Below, one piece after another: positions 8,346-18,034 of a stretch of 64,000 nucleotides of DNA; position 1 is the first letter of the stretch; the number at the start of each line of letters is the position of its first letter. This stretch comes from Calditrichia bacterium. Lineage in GTDB: Bacteria; Calditrichota; Calditrichia; RBG-13-44-9; J075. Location: positions 351,513 to 415,512 of the forward strand of contig JBOEGD010000024.1 of assembly GCA_050633245.1 (NCBI GenBank). Reading direction: 5' to 3'. Both the position numbers and the translations under genes were made by a program. The notes beneath the pieces are model-generated. The model was not told the origin of the DNA. It saw only the letters and a list, made by a program, of their open reading frames with translations, and did no database searches.

Positions 8346-10154
8346 TTAGCGCAGCAATATCATTTTGCGGACTTTTTGTTGATTTCCTGCCGTTAGGCGA
8401 TAGAAATAAACACCAGAGCTAACCAAATTATTTGAGGCATCCAATGCATCCCAGGTCTGCTGATATGAACCGGGAGCAAGTTTTTCGCTAACAAGAGTGC
8501 GAACTTTCTGTCCAAGTGGATTCAGAACATCTAATGTGACGCGGATCTGTTTCTCCAGCGAGAATCGTATTTGAGTCGTTGGGTTAAACGGATTGGGGAA
8601 ATTCTGATCGAGAGTGAAATCCGTTGGCGCGATGCCTCTTTCAATTCCGACTGGATTGATGCCATAGTTTGCACGGATTACTGCCACATTTTGCTTCAAT
8701 TCTGCTACGGCATCAATATGATCTCCGGTTGGATTGATACCACCGGTATAGGCATAAACAACTTCCTGTGTATCACCGTTGACTAAGGTAAACGGCCCAG
8801 TGTTCATTGCAAAGCGTCGGTCTCCTGCCACAGGGTTGTTTTCTGTACCATCTAAATCTCCTGATGCAGCGATTGGGTCACCATCGAGCGGAAAAAATGT
8901 TGGCTGTCCGATTTGCGGGCCGGCACCATGAATGTAGCGATTTGGATTCGAAATATCTGTCTCCGGTAGAAAACCGCGCATTAGATTAAACCACTGAAGC
9001 GTTCCCTCATAGTCAGCAAGGCGAGGGTCACTTATTGAGGTTCCGGCAGAGAAATAAGTAAAAGATGTTAATGGAAGATTTCGATAGCCATTACGCGGCT
9101 TGAAATCGAACAGTGCCTGGCCTCCTGTCGAAGGAACTATAGGACCTTGTAGAAGTGTGAATGCAACAGCTGCTGGCGGTAGATTGAAATTGTCATACTC
9201 TGTGTCAGAGGCGCTACTATTGTATGCAAACCCGGTTTGTAGAAGACTGTCTGACCCTGCATAGTCATCAAAAAAACTACCTATATCCGGGTCGTTCCAA
9301 AGGGATAAATACATTTCGCTTATATCATAGCCGGACATGTTAATAATACGATACCGTCGGTAAAAGGTATGCTCTTCATCGATTCTATTCTTATAGGACC
9401 AGCTGGTAATTTGGCATTCCAGGCCAATGGAAGGTGAACCATAGAGACTTATCGCCTTTGACTCATCTAAATCATGGATTGATGTCCAGACAACCTGATC
9501 CGCTTCCTGTAGCCCGGGCTCATCGATACCGGCATCCCACCGACCATTGCCGTTCAGATCGTAATAGGGAGCGCCACGATCTGCCGGCCAATTTACCCAA
9601 TCGCTGGCATATTGGTCCACGACGTCCTGGGCCTGTTGTGTTGTAACCTGCGAGGTATCAATTTGCAGCCTATCCGCTGCATCGAGAATTACCTCAGGGC
9701 TGCTGGAGGTTAAAGATTGATAGTCTTTGCGTATTCGGAAAATTGGTGTTTCTATTGAAGGGCTTGGGCCAGGGTCCGGCTGAGTCACGTAACCCGCAGA
9801 AGTTCCTACGGTATAAGTTTGTCCGCCGACTCTTAATTCAGGTTTGTTCGGATCAGGGTCATTAACAAAACCTCCCCAAACGATCCCGGATTGATAAACG
9901 GTATTGGCTGTACCACGTGGGTAAGTTATTCCTGCGCTGCCGTCTGCCGTATGATTTGCCCGGCCATCATTTCTAAGCCAGCCGAGGATGTTATTGACAT
10001 TGATTATAGTGTTGGCCCGAATTTGCTTTGAGTTATTGTTCTGGCGCTCAATATGATGTGGAACGTCAGCCGTTTTATGTTCTTCTATTGCCTGCAAACC
10101 AAAAGTGGTTAATACAAGTAAGACACATACAATAATTTTTCGAAATGGATGCAT
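8346..10154 (-). CDS. Secreted protein of unknown function with C-terminal T9SS-type/FlgD-Ig sorting domain
   Basis: Signal peptide from ATG 10154 (AGGAG RBS), YYDLNGNGRWD, WNDPDIG, QNFPNPFNP...RKMILLR. Confidence 0.88.
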   Translation of the reverse strand: MHPFRKIIVCVLLVLTTFGLQAIEEHKTADVPHHIERQNNNSKQIRANTIINVNNILGWLRNDGRANHTADGSAGITYPRGTANTVYQSGIVWGGFVNDPDPNKPELRVGGQTYTVGTSAGYVTQPDPGPSPSIETPIFRIRKDYQSLTSSSPEVILDAADRLQIDTSQVTTQQAQDVVDQYASDWVNWPADRGAPYYDLNGNGRWDAGIDEPGLQEADQVVWTSIHDLDESKAISLYGSPSIGLECQITSWSYKNRIDEEHTFYRRYRIINMSGYDISEMYLSLWNDPDIGSFFDDYAGSDSLLQTGFAYNSSASDTEYDNFNLPPAAVAFTLLQGPIVPSTGGQALFDFKPRNGYRNLPLTSFTYFSAGTSISDPRLADYEGTLQWFNLMRGFLPETDISNPNRYIHGAGPQIGQPTFFPLDGDPIAASGDLDGTENNPVAGDRRFAMNTGPFTLVNGDTQEVVYAYTGGINPTGDHIDAVAELKQNVAVIRANYGINPVGIERGIAPTDFTLDQNFPNPFNPTTQIRFSLEKQIRVTLDVLNPLGQKVRTLVSEKLAPGSYQQTWDALDASNNLVSSGVYFYRLTAGNQQKVRKMILLR

Positions 10155-10615
10155 ATTAATATCTCCTGAAGGTATTAGGTGCTTTATCAAAAATGCTGAT
10201 CAATAAGGGGTTCAGCCGCGGATGCTTTTCAACACTTTTTGGCTGATTATTTATCTTGAAGCCGATTTGTTTTTATGCAATTTCATACATGAATACTTGC
10301 TGACCATGAAGCGCGCTTTTAATGTTCTACGTTTTTAAGCTGGCTATCCCCTAGTCAGCTTGGAATGTTTTTCAAAATTATGAATGCCTGCTAAACCTAA
10401 TTAGCTGCATTTGGAATGTTTTAAGCTGTGTGGTGTGTTCGAGACGAAAGGGGGCTGTCAGCTATTCTGTCAACGACTTTCCGATAGCTGTATCAAAAAA
10501 GGCATACTGCGTAGCGAGTTCAGGAAGGAACCTTTTTGGAATCGTAGTAGGGAATAACCAGTTGGAATTAGTGTAGAGACTCTCTTTGTAAAGGCAGGAA
10601 CTGACATATTATAGC

Positions 10616-10661
10616 TAAAAAGAATGCCCTCCAAACACCCATCCCGGATATTTGAAGGGCA
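10616..10661 (-). terminator. Intrinsic terminator, homologous to 8254-8299
   Basis: Minus strand TGCCCTTCAAATATCC-GGGAT-GGGTGTTTGGAGGGCA followed by TTCTTTTT. Confidence 0.8.
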
Positions 10662-10706
10662 CCGCTCTTACTGCTGGTAGCAGCAGCATTTATTTTTTGT
10701 TAAGAA

Positions 10707-12515
10707 TCAGCGCAACAGAATCATTTTTCGAACTTTTTGCTTATCACCAGCGGTCAAGCGATAAAAATAGACGCCGGAGCCGACTCTATAATTATTCTCA
10801 TCATGGCCATCCCACGTTTGGGTATGCGAGCCTGGTGCAAGCTGTTCGCTAATCAGAGTGCGAATCCGCTGTCCAAGCGGATTAAGAACGTCCAGAGTAA
10901 TCTTGGTTGGTTTTTCCAAAGAAAAGCTGATTTGCGTCGTCGGGTTAAACGGATTCGGATAGTTCTGGTCCAAAGTAAAATCACTTGGTGCGATGATATC
11001 TTCAATACCGACAATACCTGCCCCATAGTCGGTCAGAATTTCCGCAATACTCTGCTTAAGCACGGAGATCGCGTCCAGGTAAGTGCCTGCCGGATCGATA
11101 CCTGCGGTAATAGCAATTACTATTTCCTGCGTATCCCCCGCGGCAAATGTGAATGGACCACTGTTCAGCGTAAAGCGTCTGTCATTTGCGGGCAGATTAC
11201 TTCCGGTGCCGTCGATGTCGCCAGTACTGTTTACGGGGTCGCCATCAAGTGGGAATGTCGTAATTTGACCAACGTTTGGACCCGAGCCATACAGATATGG
11301 CTGGACGTTTAGCGTATCTGTTGAAGGTTGGTAGCCACGTAACCAGTTGTACCAGGCAAGTGTTCCATTGTAATCACCAAGCAATGGATCGCCAATCGGA
11401 CTTCCAGCGGCAGAATAACCAAATGAGCCGACAGGTAAATTCACATAGCCATTGCGTTGCTTAAAATCGAAGATTGCGCGTCCACCGGTAGAGGGCACGA
11501 TGGGGCCTTGAAGAAGCGTGTGTGCAACTGCAGATGGGGGAAGTGCATAGTTCACATATTCATCATCTGAGGCAAATCCATTATAAGCGTATCCGCTCTG
11601 TAGGGCCTGATCGTTACCTACAAGATCATCCGTATAGTCGCCGATATCCGGATCGCTCCAGCTGGCAAGATACATCCTGTTAATATCGAAACCGGATTTG
11701 TTTATCAGGCGATAGCGGCGATAAAGCGCCTCGGTACGAGCGCCCCCGTCTTTATATCCCCAAGTAGTGATTTGCATTTCAATGCCGGTTGGCGGTGAAC
11801 CATACAGTGCATCGGTTAACAGTGGATCGAGGTCATGGCAAACTGTCCACAGAACCTGATCGGCATTTTCGAGGCCGGGCTCATCTACTCCGACATCCCA
11901 CTGGCCATTGTTGTTTAAGTCATAGTAGGGGGCACCGCGATCTGCCGGCCAGTTTGCCCAGGCATCGGCATACTGATCGAGAATTTCCTGCTTTTGCTGT
12001 TCGGTGACCTGAGAAGGGCTAATACCGTTTTTCTCAGCAGCATCAAGAATCACTTCCTGGCTGTTGAGGGTAAGACTTTGCCAATCGCGGCGAATGCGAT
12101 AGAGCTCGCTTACTTCGCTTGTTGGAATTGGATTCGGACCGGCTGTTTCAATCCAACCGGCAGTTGTTCCAATAAGGTGCGTTTGGCCCCCAACGCGCAG
12201 TTGAGGCTTGTTCGGATCGGGATCGTTTACAATTCCACCCCAAATAAGACCAGATTGGAATAAAGCCTGTGCAGTGCCGCGTGGATAAGTGAACCCGGAA
12301 TTACCAACAGGATCTAATTCCGCCTGACCATCGGCTCTTTGCCAGGTAGAGAGATTGTTAACATTCAGCAGCGTTTCTGTCTCTACAGCGGATTTTGACG
12401 TTGCTGCAATTGTGCTGGATTTCGTCTTGCCACTTTTTGCATCTATCGATGTATTGAAGCAGAATGCAAGGAACAGTGCGGGGGCTATGATACAATGAGT
12501 AGCCATACGAAGCAT
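10707..12515 (-). CDS. Secreted protein, tandem paralog of the 8346 gene, with C-terminal sorting domain
   Basis: Shares VNDPDPNKP.LRVGGQT, WPADRGAPYYDLN, DPDIG and the CTD with the neighbouring gene; AGGAGG RBS. Confidence 0.9.
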   Translation of the reverse strand: MLRMATHCIIAPALFLAFCFNTSIDAKSGKTKSSTIAATSKSAVETETLLNVNNLSTWQRADGQAELDPVGNSGFTYPRGTAQALFQSGLIWGGIVNDPDPNKPQLRVGGQTHLIGTTAGWIETAGPNPIPTSEVSELYRIRRDWQSLTLNSQEVILDAAEKNGISPSQVTEQQKQEILDQYADAWANWPADRGAPYYDLNNNGQWDVGVDEPGLENADQVLWTVCHDLDPLLTDALYGSPPTGIEMQITTWGYKDGGARTEALYRRYRLINKSGFDINRMYLASWSDPDIGDYTDDLVGNDQALQSGYAYNGFASDDEYVNYALPPSAVAHTLLQGPIVPSTGGRAIFDFKQRNGYVNLPVGSFGYSAAGSPIGDPLLGDYNGTLAWYNWLRGYQPSTDTLNVQPYLYGSGPNVGQITTFPLDGDPVNSTGDIDGTGSNLPANDRRFTLNSGPFTFAAGDTQEIVIAITAGIDPAGTYLDAISVLKQSIAEILTDYGAGIVGIEDIIAPSDFTLDQNYPNPFNPTTQISFSLEKPTKITLDVLNPLGQRIRTLISEQLAPGSHTQTWDGHDENNYRVGSGVYFYRLTAGDKQKVRKMILLR

Positions 12516-12632
12516 CTATCTACTCCTCCTGAGTAAAGGGTTACGTGGAATCATTCCATAAATCGACCATATAATAATCAGTTTTTTGAAAAAAAATGTG
12601 AGGGAGGAACAAAAACTCGGATTGTTTTTTGG

Positions 12633-12679
12633 AAAAAACTCGTACTGACCTAAGGCAGAAATTGTCTTCAGTCAGTACG
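12633..12679 (-). terminator. Intrinsic terminator downstream of the peroxidase gene
   Basis: CGTACTGAC...GTCAGTACG stem followed on the minus strand by AGTTTTTT. Confidence 0.7.
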
Positions 12680-12693
12680 GAAAAATTCTATAG

Positions 12694-13848
12694 TTAGTTT
12701 TGCGGAAAAGGATTGGAAAACTTTTCTTCACTCAGAAAGTTGTTGTCTGAAAGAGTGCGTAGAAATGCGACGAGTGCATCGCGTTCATTTCTATTTAAGC
12801 CTAACCGCCTGGGGGCACCACTGGCCGGATTACGGAGTTGTTCACTGAGATTTGGATGGGCTTCGATGCCATTGTTGTAGTGATTTACAACTCTGTTGAG
12901 CGTCTCAAACCTACCATCATGCATGTAAGGTGCTGTTTCTGCTACATTCCGCAATGAGCCCACCTTGAATAAACCAATTTCTTGAGGGTTACCGGTTACT
13001 CCACCAACGCCGGGATCTCCGCCATTTCGATCGAGGCCGATATTAAAGGGCTCCCGGGTGGTAAACAGGTCGGTGCTATGACAGGAGGAACAGTTCGCCT
13101 GCTGCGAAAAGAAAATCTGTTTTCCAAGATTCTCCTGCTGCGTAAAGTTGGGAAAGTTGTCCATCGGTGAATTTACTGTAGCTCTCCCCACATCATAAGG
13201 TGCCTCGCAGGAAATCATAGAACGAATAAACTGTGATAGTGCTGCTGCCACTCGCGTGCTATTAATGGTCTCATCACCAAAGGCGTTGCGAAACAGGGGA
13301 GGGTAGTAGTCAAGATTGCTGAGTCGCGTCTCCATCTCGCTGAGAGTCAGTCCCATTTCAACCGCATCCTGAATCGGTGCCAGCGTTTGATCTTCTAGTG
13401 TTTGTGCGCGTTGATCCCAAAAGAAATGACCGTTTGAATAGAAACGACTATTGCTTAGTCCCATAGAATTTCTTCCAGTCTCACCGCCGTTGAAACCTAC
13501 GCTGAATTGGCGGGGATCGGAAAAGCCATTTTCTTGCACATGGCAGGATGCACATGATATTGTGTGGTTTTGAGATAAAGCACGGTCGTAGAAAAGAACC
13601 CGCCCAAGAGTGGCTCCGGCATCGGTTATGGGGTTATTGGCCGGTAGATTATCGGTGATCTGGATTTCAGCGACACGAATGTGAGCGGGCAGCTCTGGTG
13701 AGGCATAATTATCAATGTTTGCCGGTAGTATTGGTGTGCTCAATAACTCTTCTTCATCCTGCATAACTGGACTTTGATCGTTGCCACATGAAAGCAGCAC
13801 TGACAATAGAGCTAGAATAAACGGTATTGATAAATAATTTCGAAACAT
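12694..13848 (-). CDS. Di-haem cytochrome c peroxidase/MauG-family lipoprotein
   Basis: Lipobox LLSC, LGRVLFYD, CASCH and CSSCH haem motifs, FFWDQRA, FKVGSLRNVAETAPYMHDG; AGGAGG RBS before ATG 13848. Confidence 0.9.
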   Translation of the reverse strand: MFRNYLSIPFILALLSVLLSCGNDQSPVMQDEEELLSTPILPANIDNYASPELPAHIRVAEIQITDNLPANNPITDAGATLGRVLFYDRALSQNHTISCASCHVQENGFSDPRQFSVGFNGGETGRNSMGLSNSRFYSNGHFFWDQRAQTLEDQTLAPIQDAVEMGLTLSEMETRLSNLDYYPPLFRNAFGDETINSTRVAAALSQFIRSMISCEAPYDVGRATVNSPMDNFPNFTQQENLGKQIFFSQQANCSSCHSTDLFTTREPFNIGLDRNGGDPGVGGVTGNPQEIGLFKVGSLRNVAETAPYMHDGRFETLNRVVNHYNNGIEAHPNLSEQLRNPASGAPRRLGLNRNERDALVAFLRTLSDNNFLSEEKFSNPFPQN

Positions 13849-14075
13849 ATGTTCCTCCTGTATGATTGTTGTTTCTCTCACAAAACCCACTCATACAGGC
13901 AAAAAAAATGTGTCTCTTATAGGCTTAGACCAACAGGTAGGAAAAAACTTGCAAAAATACAGATGTCAGGCGGAGGTGAAAAGAATAAAGCTTGAAGCCA
14001 AGGTTAAATACCCTGACTCCTTGCATCGTCATAACTTTGGATGATCAATAATCACTCATCGCTCATAATTCATCA

Positions 14076-15950
14076 TTATTCCCGATCACTCCATTTGGCA
14101 ACCGTGATTTCTACGGTTTGTCCTTCGGGGTATACGATAAAGCTACGATTGTCCATGTTCTGGCCATCGGCATCTTGCTCGGCTGTTGGCCAGCTACCGC
14201 GCGTAACTTTGTATTCTACATCAATCTTTTTTGGTAGACCGACCTCAACAGCATAGCTTCCATTTTTCATGCGCTCGAGCTGTAAACCATCTGCCTTCCA
14301 GCTGCCCAGCCAGCTGTTGTTACCGGCTAAAAAGAGCTTGTCCTCGGCTTCGGTGCTGGATGGAACGGTCACAACTATCTTTACCGGTACCAGAATTTCC
14401 TTGTCCAACTTGGCCACCATTTCATCATTGCCACCATTTCGATAGGCTTCTCGCAGGCCATAGGAAGCATAACCAGATTCAGGATAGCGTTTCTTGTTAC
14501 CGCTAAACAAGGCTATTGCAGCATCGGTCATGTCTTGCTGGATAAGCATTCTGCCTACGCTATTAAGCCAATCTTCGTCAACTTCGTCCGGTGAGCTTGC
14601 GATTAGCTCGTCGATGGTCTTGCTTGCCTCTTCAAATTTCCCGGCAAGATAAAGATTCTCAACAAGATTTTTGTCCGGCTTTTCGGCCTTCATTGCCATG
14701 TCTATTTTCGCAGCTTTATCTGGCAGACTAACGGCTTTAACAATTCTGCGATCGCGGGCATATAGCGTATTCCCTGAAACCGTTGGGGCTGTCCAGGTGC
14801 GATTCTCCAGCAGCTTTGTGGTTGCCAATTTATTGATACCGTTACGATCGAATGTCGCAAGAGTTAGAAGGCCATTATCATCGAGAATCAGTGCGCGGTC
14901 ACCTGCAGCAACGAGTTTCGGGTTTTTATAGCCACGTTTGCGCCAAAGAATTTCGCCGGTCTTCCAGTCGAAAGCGAACATTAAGCGGCGATCACCGCCA
15001 AGAACGAGATCGTCCATACGAACATGCGTTCCCATAAAGAGACCAATTTTTCTATTATGCCACTTCTCTTCCAGAGTATATCCATCATCAGCTTTGCTTA
15101 CTTGCAGCACCGCTGCGCCGTCGATTCCCTGTCCGGCAACTAAAATTTGGTTTTCCGGCAATAGCATTGGTGAAGGTGCATTCGTGCTTTCCGGGTTTTT
15201 GAGGGCGTGCTTCCAAAGTGTCTTGCCGGTCTTTGGAGACAGTCCCCAAACGTATTTACCACCAACGCCAATCAGATGATCTTCACCATGCATAGTTGCA
15301 ATAATTGGCGACGAGTAGCTGTTGAACATTTTTTCGCTTTTCCAGGCGATTTTCCCGGTTTTGGCATTAAACGCAAACGTCCCGGCATCTGCACCGAATC
15401 CCATTACAATGATATTGTCTCCATAGCCAATCGGACTACAGGCATTACCAAAGTAGATGACGTCTGCGTTAAACTCTTTAATCAGATTATAGGACCACGC
15501 TTTTTTGCCTGTTTTGGCATCCAAGGCCGTCAATTCTGAGGTAAACCCAAGGCTAAAGAGCATATCTTCGTAGAGGAGAGGCGTTCCATTTGGCCCTTTT
15601 TCTCCTTGCCAACCTTGATCTGCCGGCACATGAGCTGCATAGGTGTAGTCCCATTTCTTATTGCCGGTGGCTGCATCAAGTGCAACGATAATCTCCTCTT
15701 GTCCTATCGTTGTGCCATCGTATGTGCGATACATGGTATAGAGCGTTTTTCCATCTGTCACAATGGTAGAGCTACCATCTCCCAGATCTTGAGTCCATTG
15801 AGTTTCAAGCCCATCGCCACCCCAGGGATGGACAACGGTATTTTTAGGCAAGCTAAAGTCGCGCATAGGGCCCCCCCATTGCGACCATTCCTGAGCAATA
15901 AGCGTATTGCTGATAAGAAAAAAAAGTAGTGATAGTGCAAGGCGTTTCAT
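14076..15950 (-). CDS. Secreted PQQ-like (BamB-type) beta-propeller + TPR-like segment + CBM20-like domain
   Basis: Signal peptide, WSQWGGP, repeated ALDAxTGxxxW, WTAPTV, and C-terminal LFLAGNNSWLGSW...EYKVTRGSW. Confidence 0.8.
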   Translation of the reverse strand: MKRLALSLLFFLISNTLIAQEWSQWGGPMRDFSLPKNTVVHPWGGDGLETQWTQDLGDGSSTIVTDGKTLYTMYRTYDGTTIGQEEIIVALDAATGNKKWDYTYAAHVPADQGWQGEKGPNGTPLLYEDMLFSLGFTSELTALDAKTGKKAWSYNLIKEFNADVIYFGNACSPIGYGDNIIVMGFGADAGTFAFNAKTGKIAWKSEKMFNSYSSPIIATMHGEDHLIGVGGKYVWGLSPKTGKTLWKHALKNPESTNAPSPMLLPENQILVAGQGIDGAAVLQVSKADDGYTLEEKWHNRKIGLFMGTHVRMDDLVLGGDRRLMFAFDWKTGEILWRKRGYKNPKLVAAGDRALILDDNGLLTLATFDRNGINKLATTKLLENRTWTAPTVSGNTLYARDRRIVKAVSLPDKAAKIDMAMKAEKPDKNLVENLYLAGKFEEASKTIDELIASSPDEVDEDWLNSVGRMLIQQDMTDAAIALFSGNKKRYPESGYASYGLREAYRNGGNDEMVAKLDKEILVPVKIVVTVPSSTEAEDKLFLAGNNSWLGSWKADGLQLERMKNGSYAVEVGLPKKIDVEYKVTRGSWPTAEQDADGQNMDNRSFIVYPEGQTVEITVAKWSDRE

Positions 15951-16207
15951 ATAGATACTCCTGTTGAATTCCGGGGTTTGTTTGGGTGATAAAAAAGTAT
16001 AAGGATATCTGAACGGAATTGCGAACAAAAATAGATCTGTCTTTTGAACAATATTAATGCGAACTGAATCGCGATTTTTCTCTAAACCAATAAAGTCGCT
16101 GTAACCTGTGGACTTTATTTGTAGGTGATTGATGTCTTACCGGACTTCACACGATTTTCCACTATGAAAAAAGTGTTGGCTGCGCTATCTTTTTAAAAAA
16201 AGATGAG

Positions 16208-17212
16208 ATGATGATAACCGACCCACAACTAAAAGTTGGTAGTTTCTACCGGGAAAATCGCGAACGACTGAAGCTGGAGCTCCTTACTACGGATGCCGGT
16301 TTTGACCGTCTGATTACTGAGAGCGAGCTGCATCGCCCTGGCTTGGCACTGGCTGGATTTATTAAACTTTTTACATTTCATCGCGTGCAAATTCTTGGGA
16401 ATACCGAGACCCGCTATCTAAAAAGCCTGCCAAAGAAGAAGCGTCGGGAAGCATTGGAAAATCTCTTTCAGTTTGAAATACCCTGTCTTATTATCACCGA
16501 GTTTAACGATGTTTCGAGCGATATGCTTGACATTGCGACGCGCCGTTATATCCCAATTTTTCGCACGACTTATCCCACAACCAAGTTTTATCATTTATTA
16601 AGCGATTTCCTGCAAATGTTCTTTGCGCCGCGAACTACCGTCCACGGCACGCTGGTGGATGTCTATGGCGTAGGAATGTTGTTAACCGGGCGCAGCGGAA
16701 TCGGCAAGAGTGAAATTGCTCTGGACCTTATCGAGCGCGGCCATCGTTTGGTTGCAGATGATATGGTTATTATTACCCGAAAATCGGAAGAGATCGTTAT
16801 GGGAGAAGGACGCGATATTTCGGAACATATTATCGAAATTCGCGGTCTTGGTTTAGTCGATATTCGGCAAACTTTTGGTGTTCGCGGCGTTCGCGTAATC
16901 AAGCGAATTGAGGTTATTGTAGATCTGGTTGAGTTTGATGAAGATGCTTCCTATGACCGCACCGGCCTGGATGCACAGACAAAATCAATTCTGGATGTTG
17001 AACTGCCTAATGTGCTTCTGCCGATAAACCCTGGTAAGAATATTACGGTGATTGCCGAGACCATTGCGCTGAACCAACTGTTGCGCGAAGTGCATGGGCA
17101 CAACACCCCTGAAGAATTTAACAAACGATTAATGGAAAAAATGCGTAGGGCAGAGCGAGAACATCTGCGTAAGCTAAAGACACGCGATTTTCTGGATAAG
17201 GATTTTGAGTAA
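16208..17212 (+). CDS. hprK: HPr(Ser) kinase/phosphorylase
   Basis: HRPGLALAGF, HGTLVDVYGVGMLLTGRSGIGKSE, LVADD, EIRGLG. Confidence 0.96.
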   Translation: MMITDPQLKVGSFYRENRERLKLELLTTDAGFDRLITESELHRPGLALAGFIKLFTFHRVQILGNTETRYLKSLPKKKRREALENLFQFEIPCLIITEFNDVSSDMLDIATRRYIPIFRTTYPTTKFYHLLSDFLQMFFAPRTTVHGTLVDVYGVGMLLTGRSGIGKSEIALDLIERGHRLVADDMVIITRKSEEIVMGEGRDISEHIIEIRGLGLVDIRQTFGVRGVRVIKRIEVIVDLVEFDEDASYDRTGLDAQTKSILDVELPNVLLPINPGKNITVIAETIALNQLLREVHGHNTPEEFNKRLMEKMRRAEREHLRKLKTRDFLDKDFE

Positions 17213-17598
17213 TGATTCCAGGTATCATTATCAGTCATGGTAGAATAGCTGAAGAGCTTAAGAATGCCGTTGAGTTAATTGTAGGACCAACTCGTAAGCT
17301 ACATGCCATTAGCAATGATGGAAGTGAGCCGGACGAACTCTCAAAAAAAATTTTGAAATTTTCTCTGCCTGAGTTGCCGGTTTTTCTGTTCACAGATTTG
17401 CGCGGAGGAAGCTGTTGGAGAGCGGCGATGATTGCCTCAAAAGCAATTGATGAGTCCAGCGTTTTTACCGGAGTGAATTTACCCATGCTTATCTCATTTG
17501 TTACCAAGCGCTCACAGCTGTCTCATGAAGAACTTCCGGCAGTCGTATTAGAAGATGCACAGCGTGGATTACTTTTAGAAAAGAAGCCTGGCGGTTAA
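17212..17598 (+). CDS. PTS mannose/fructose-type EIIA component
   Basis: IIISHG, TDLRGGSC, GVNLPML; translationally coupled to hprK. Confidence 0.88.
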   Translation: MIPGIIISHGRIAEELKNAVELIVGPTRKLHAISNDGSEPDELSKKILKFSLPELPVFLFTDLRGGSCWRAAMIASKAIDESSVFTGVNLPMLISFVTKRSQLSHEELPAVVLEDAQRGLLLEKKPGG

Positions 17599-17627
17599 AA
17601 ATTAGTCTTTTTTTGATATAAAATATC

Positions 17628-17656
17628 TTGACACTTCATACCGGTCGTATTATATT
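17628..17656 (+). promoter_or_regulatory. Sigma70-type promoter of tRNA-Gly
   Basis: TTGACA-N17-TATATT, ending 11 nt upstream of the tRNA. Confidence 0.75.
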
Positions 17657-17667
17657 GATTGCCCAAT

Positions 17668-17740
17668 GCGAGAATAGCTCAGCTGGTAGAGCACAACCTT
17701 GCCAAGGTTGGGGTCGCGGGTTCGAGTCCCGTTTCTCGCT
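17668..17740 (+). tRNA. tRNA-Gly(GCC)
   Basis: Full cloverleaf: GCGAGAA/TTCTCGC acceptor, CAACC-TTGCCAA-GGTTG anticodon arm, GCGGG-TTCGAGT-CCCGT T arm, U73; CCA not encoded. Confidence 0.97.
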
Positions 17741-17741
17741 C

Positions 17742-17781
17742 AAGAGCCATTTCGATTTATCGGAATGGCTCTTTTCTTTTT
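17742..17781 (+). terminator. Intrinsic terminator after tRNA-Gly(GCC)
   Basis: AAGAGCCATTTCGA-TTTA-TCGGAATGGCTCTT followed by a T-rich tail. Confidence 0.85.
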
Positions 17782-17868
17782 ATGAGCAACAAAATTAAAA
17801 AACACCCTTTAAGTTTTTGTATATGAATCACATCCTATCTCTCGTAATTGCTTTTATTACGTGGGTCT

Positions 17869-17940
17869 GCGAGAATAGCTCAATGGGCAGAGCACGACCC
17901 TTCCAGGGTTGGGGCACAGGTTCGAACCCTGTTTCTCGCT
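17869..17940 (+). tRNA. Atypical tRNA-Gly(TCC), apparently derived from the adjacent tRNA-Gly(GCC)
   Basis: Identical acceptor and D stems; CGACC-CTTCCAG-GGTTG anticodon arm; 4-nt variable loop; ACAGG-TTCGAAC-CCTGT T arm; U73. Confidence 0.75.
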
Positions 17941-17942
17941 CT

Positions 17943-17982
17943 AAGGCCATCCCGATATTTCGGGATGGCCTTTACTGTTTTA
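17943..17982 (+). terminator. Terminator hairpin after the second tRNA, homologous to 17742
   Basis: AAGGCCATCCCGA-TATT-TCGGGATGGCCTT then TACTGTTTT. Confidence 0.75.
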
Positions 17983-18034
17983 TTGAATGAAAGGATCATC
18001 GTTGCTGCAGCCTTCAGGTTGTCTCAAAGCACGC

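Noticed and set aside
10270-10430. Degenerate intergenic duplication (TTGGAATGTTTT twice, TTTTAAGCTG twice)
   Set aside because: Too short and AT-rich to support a structure or function.
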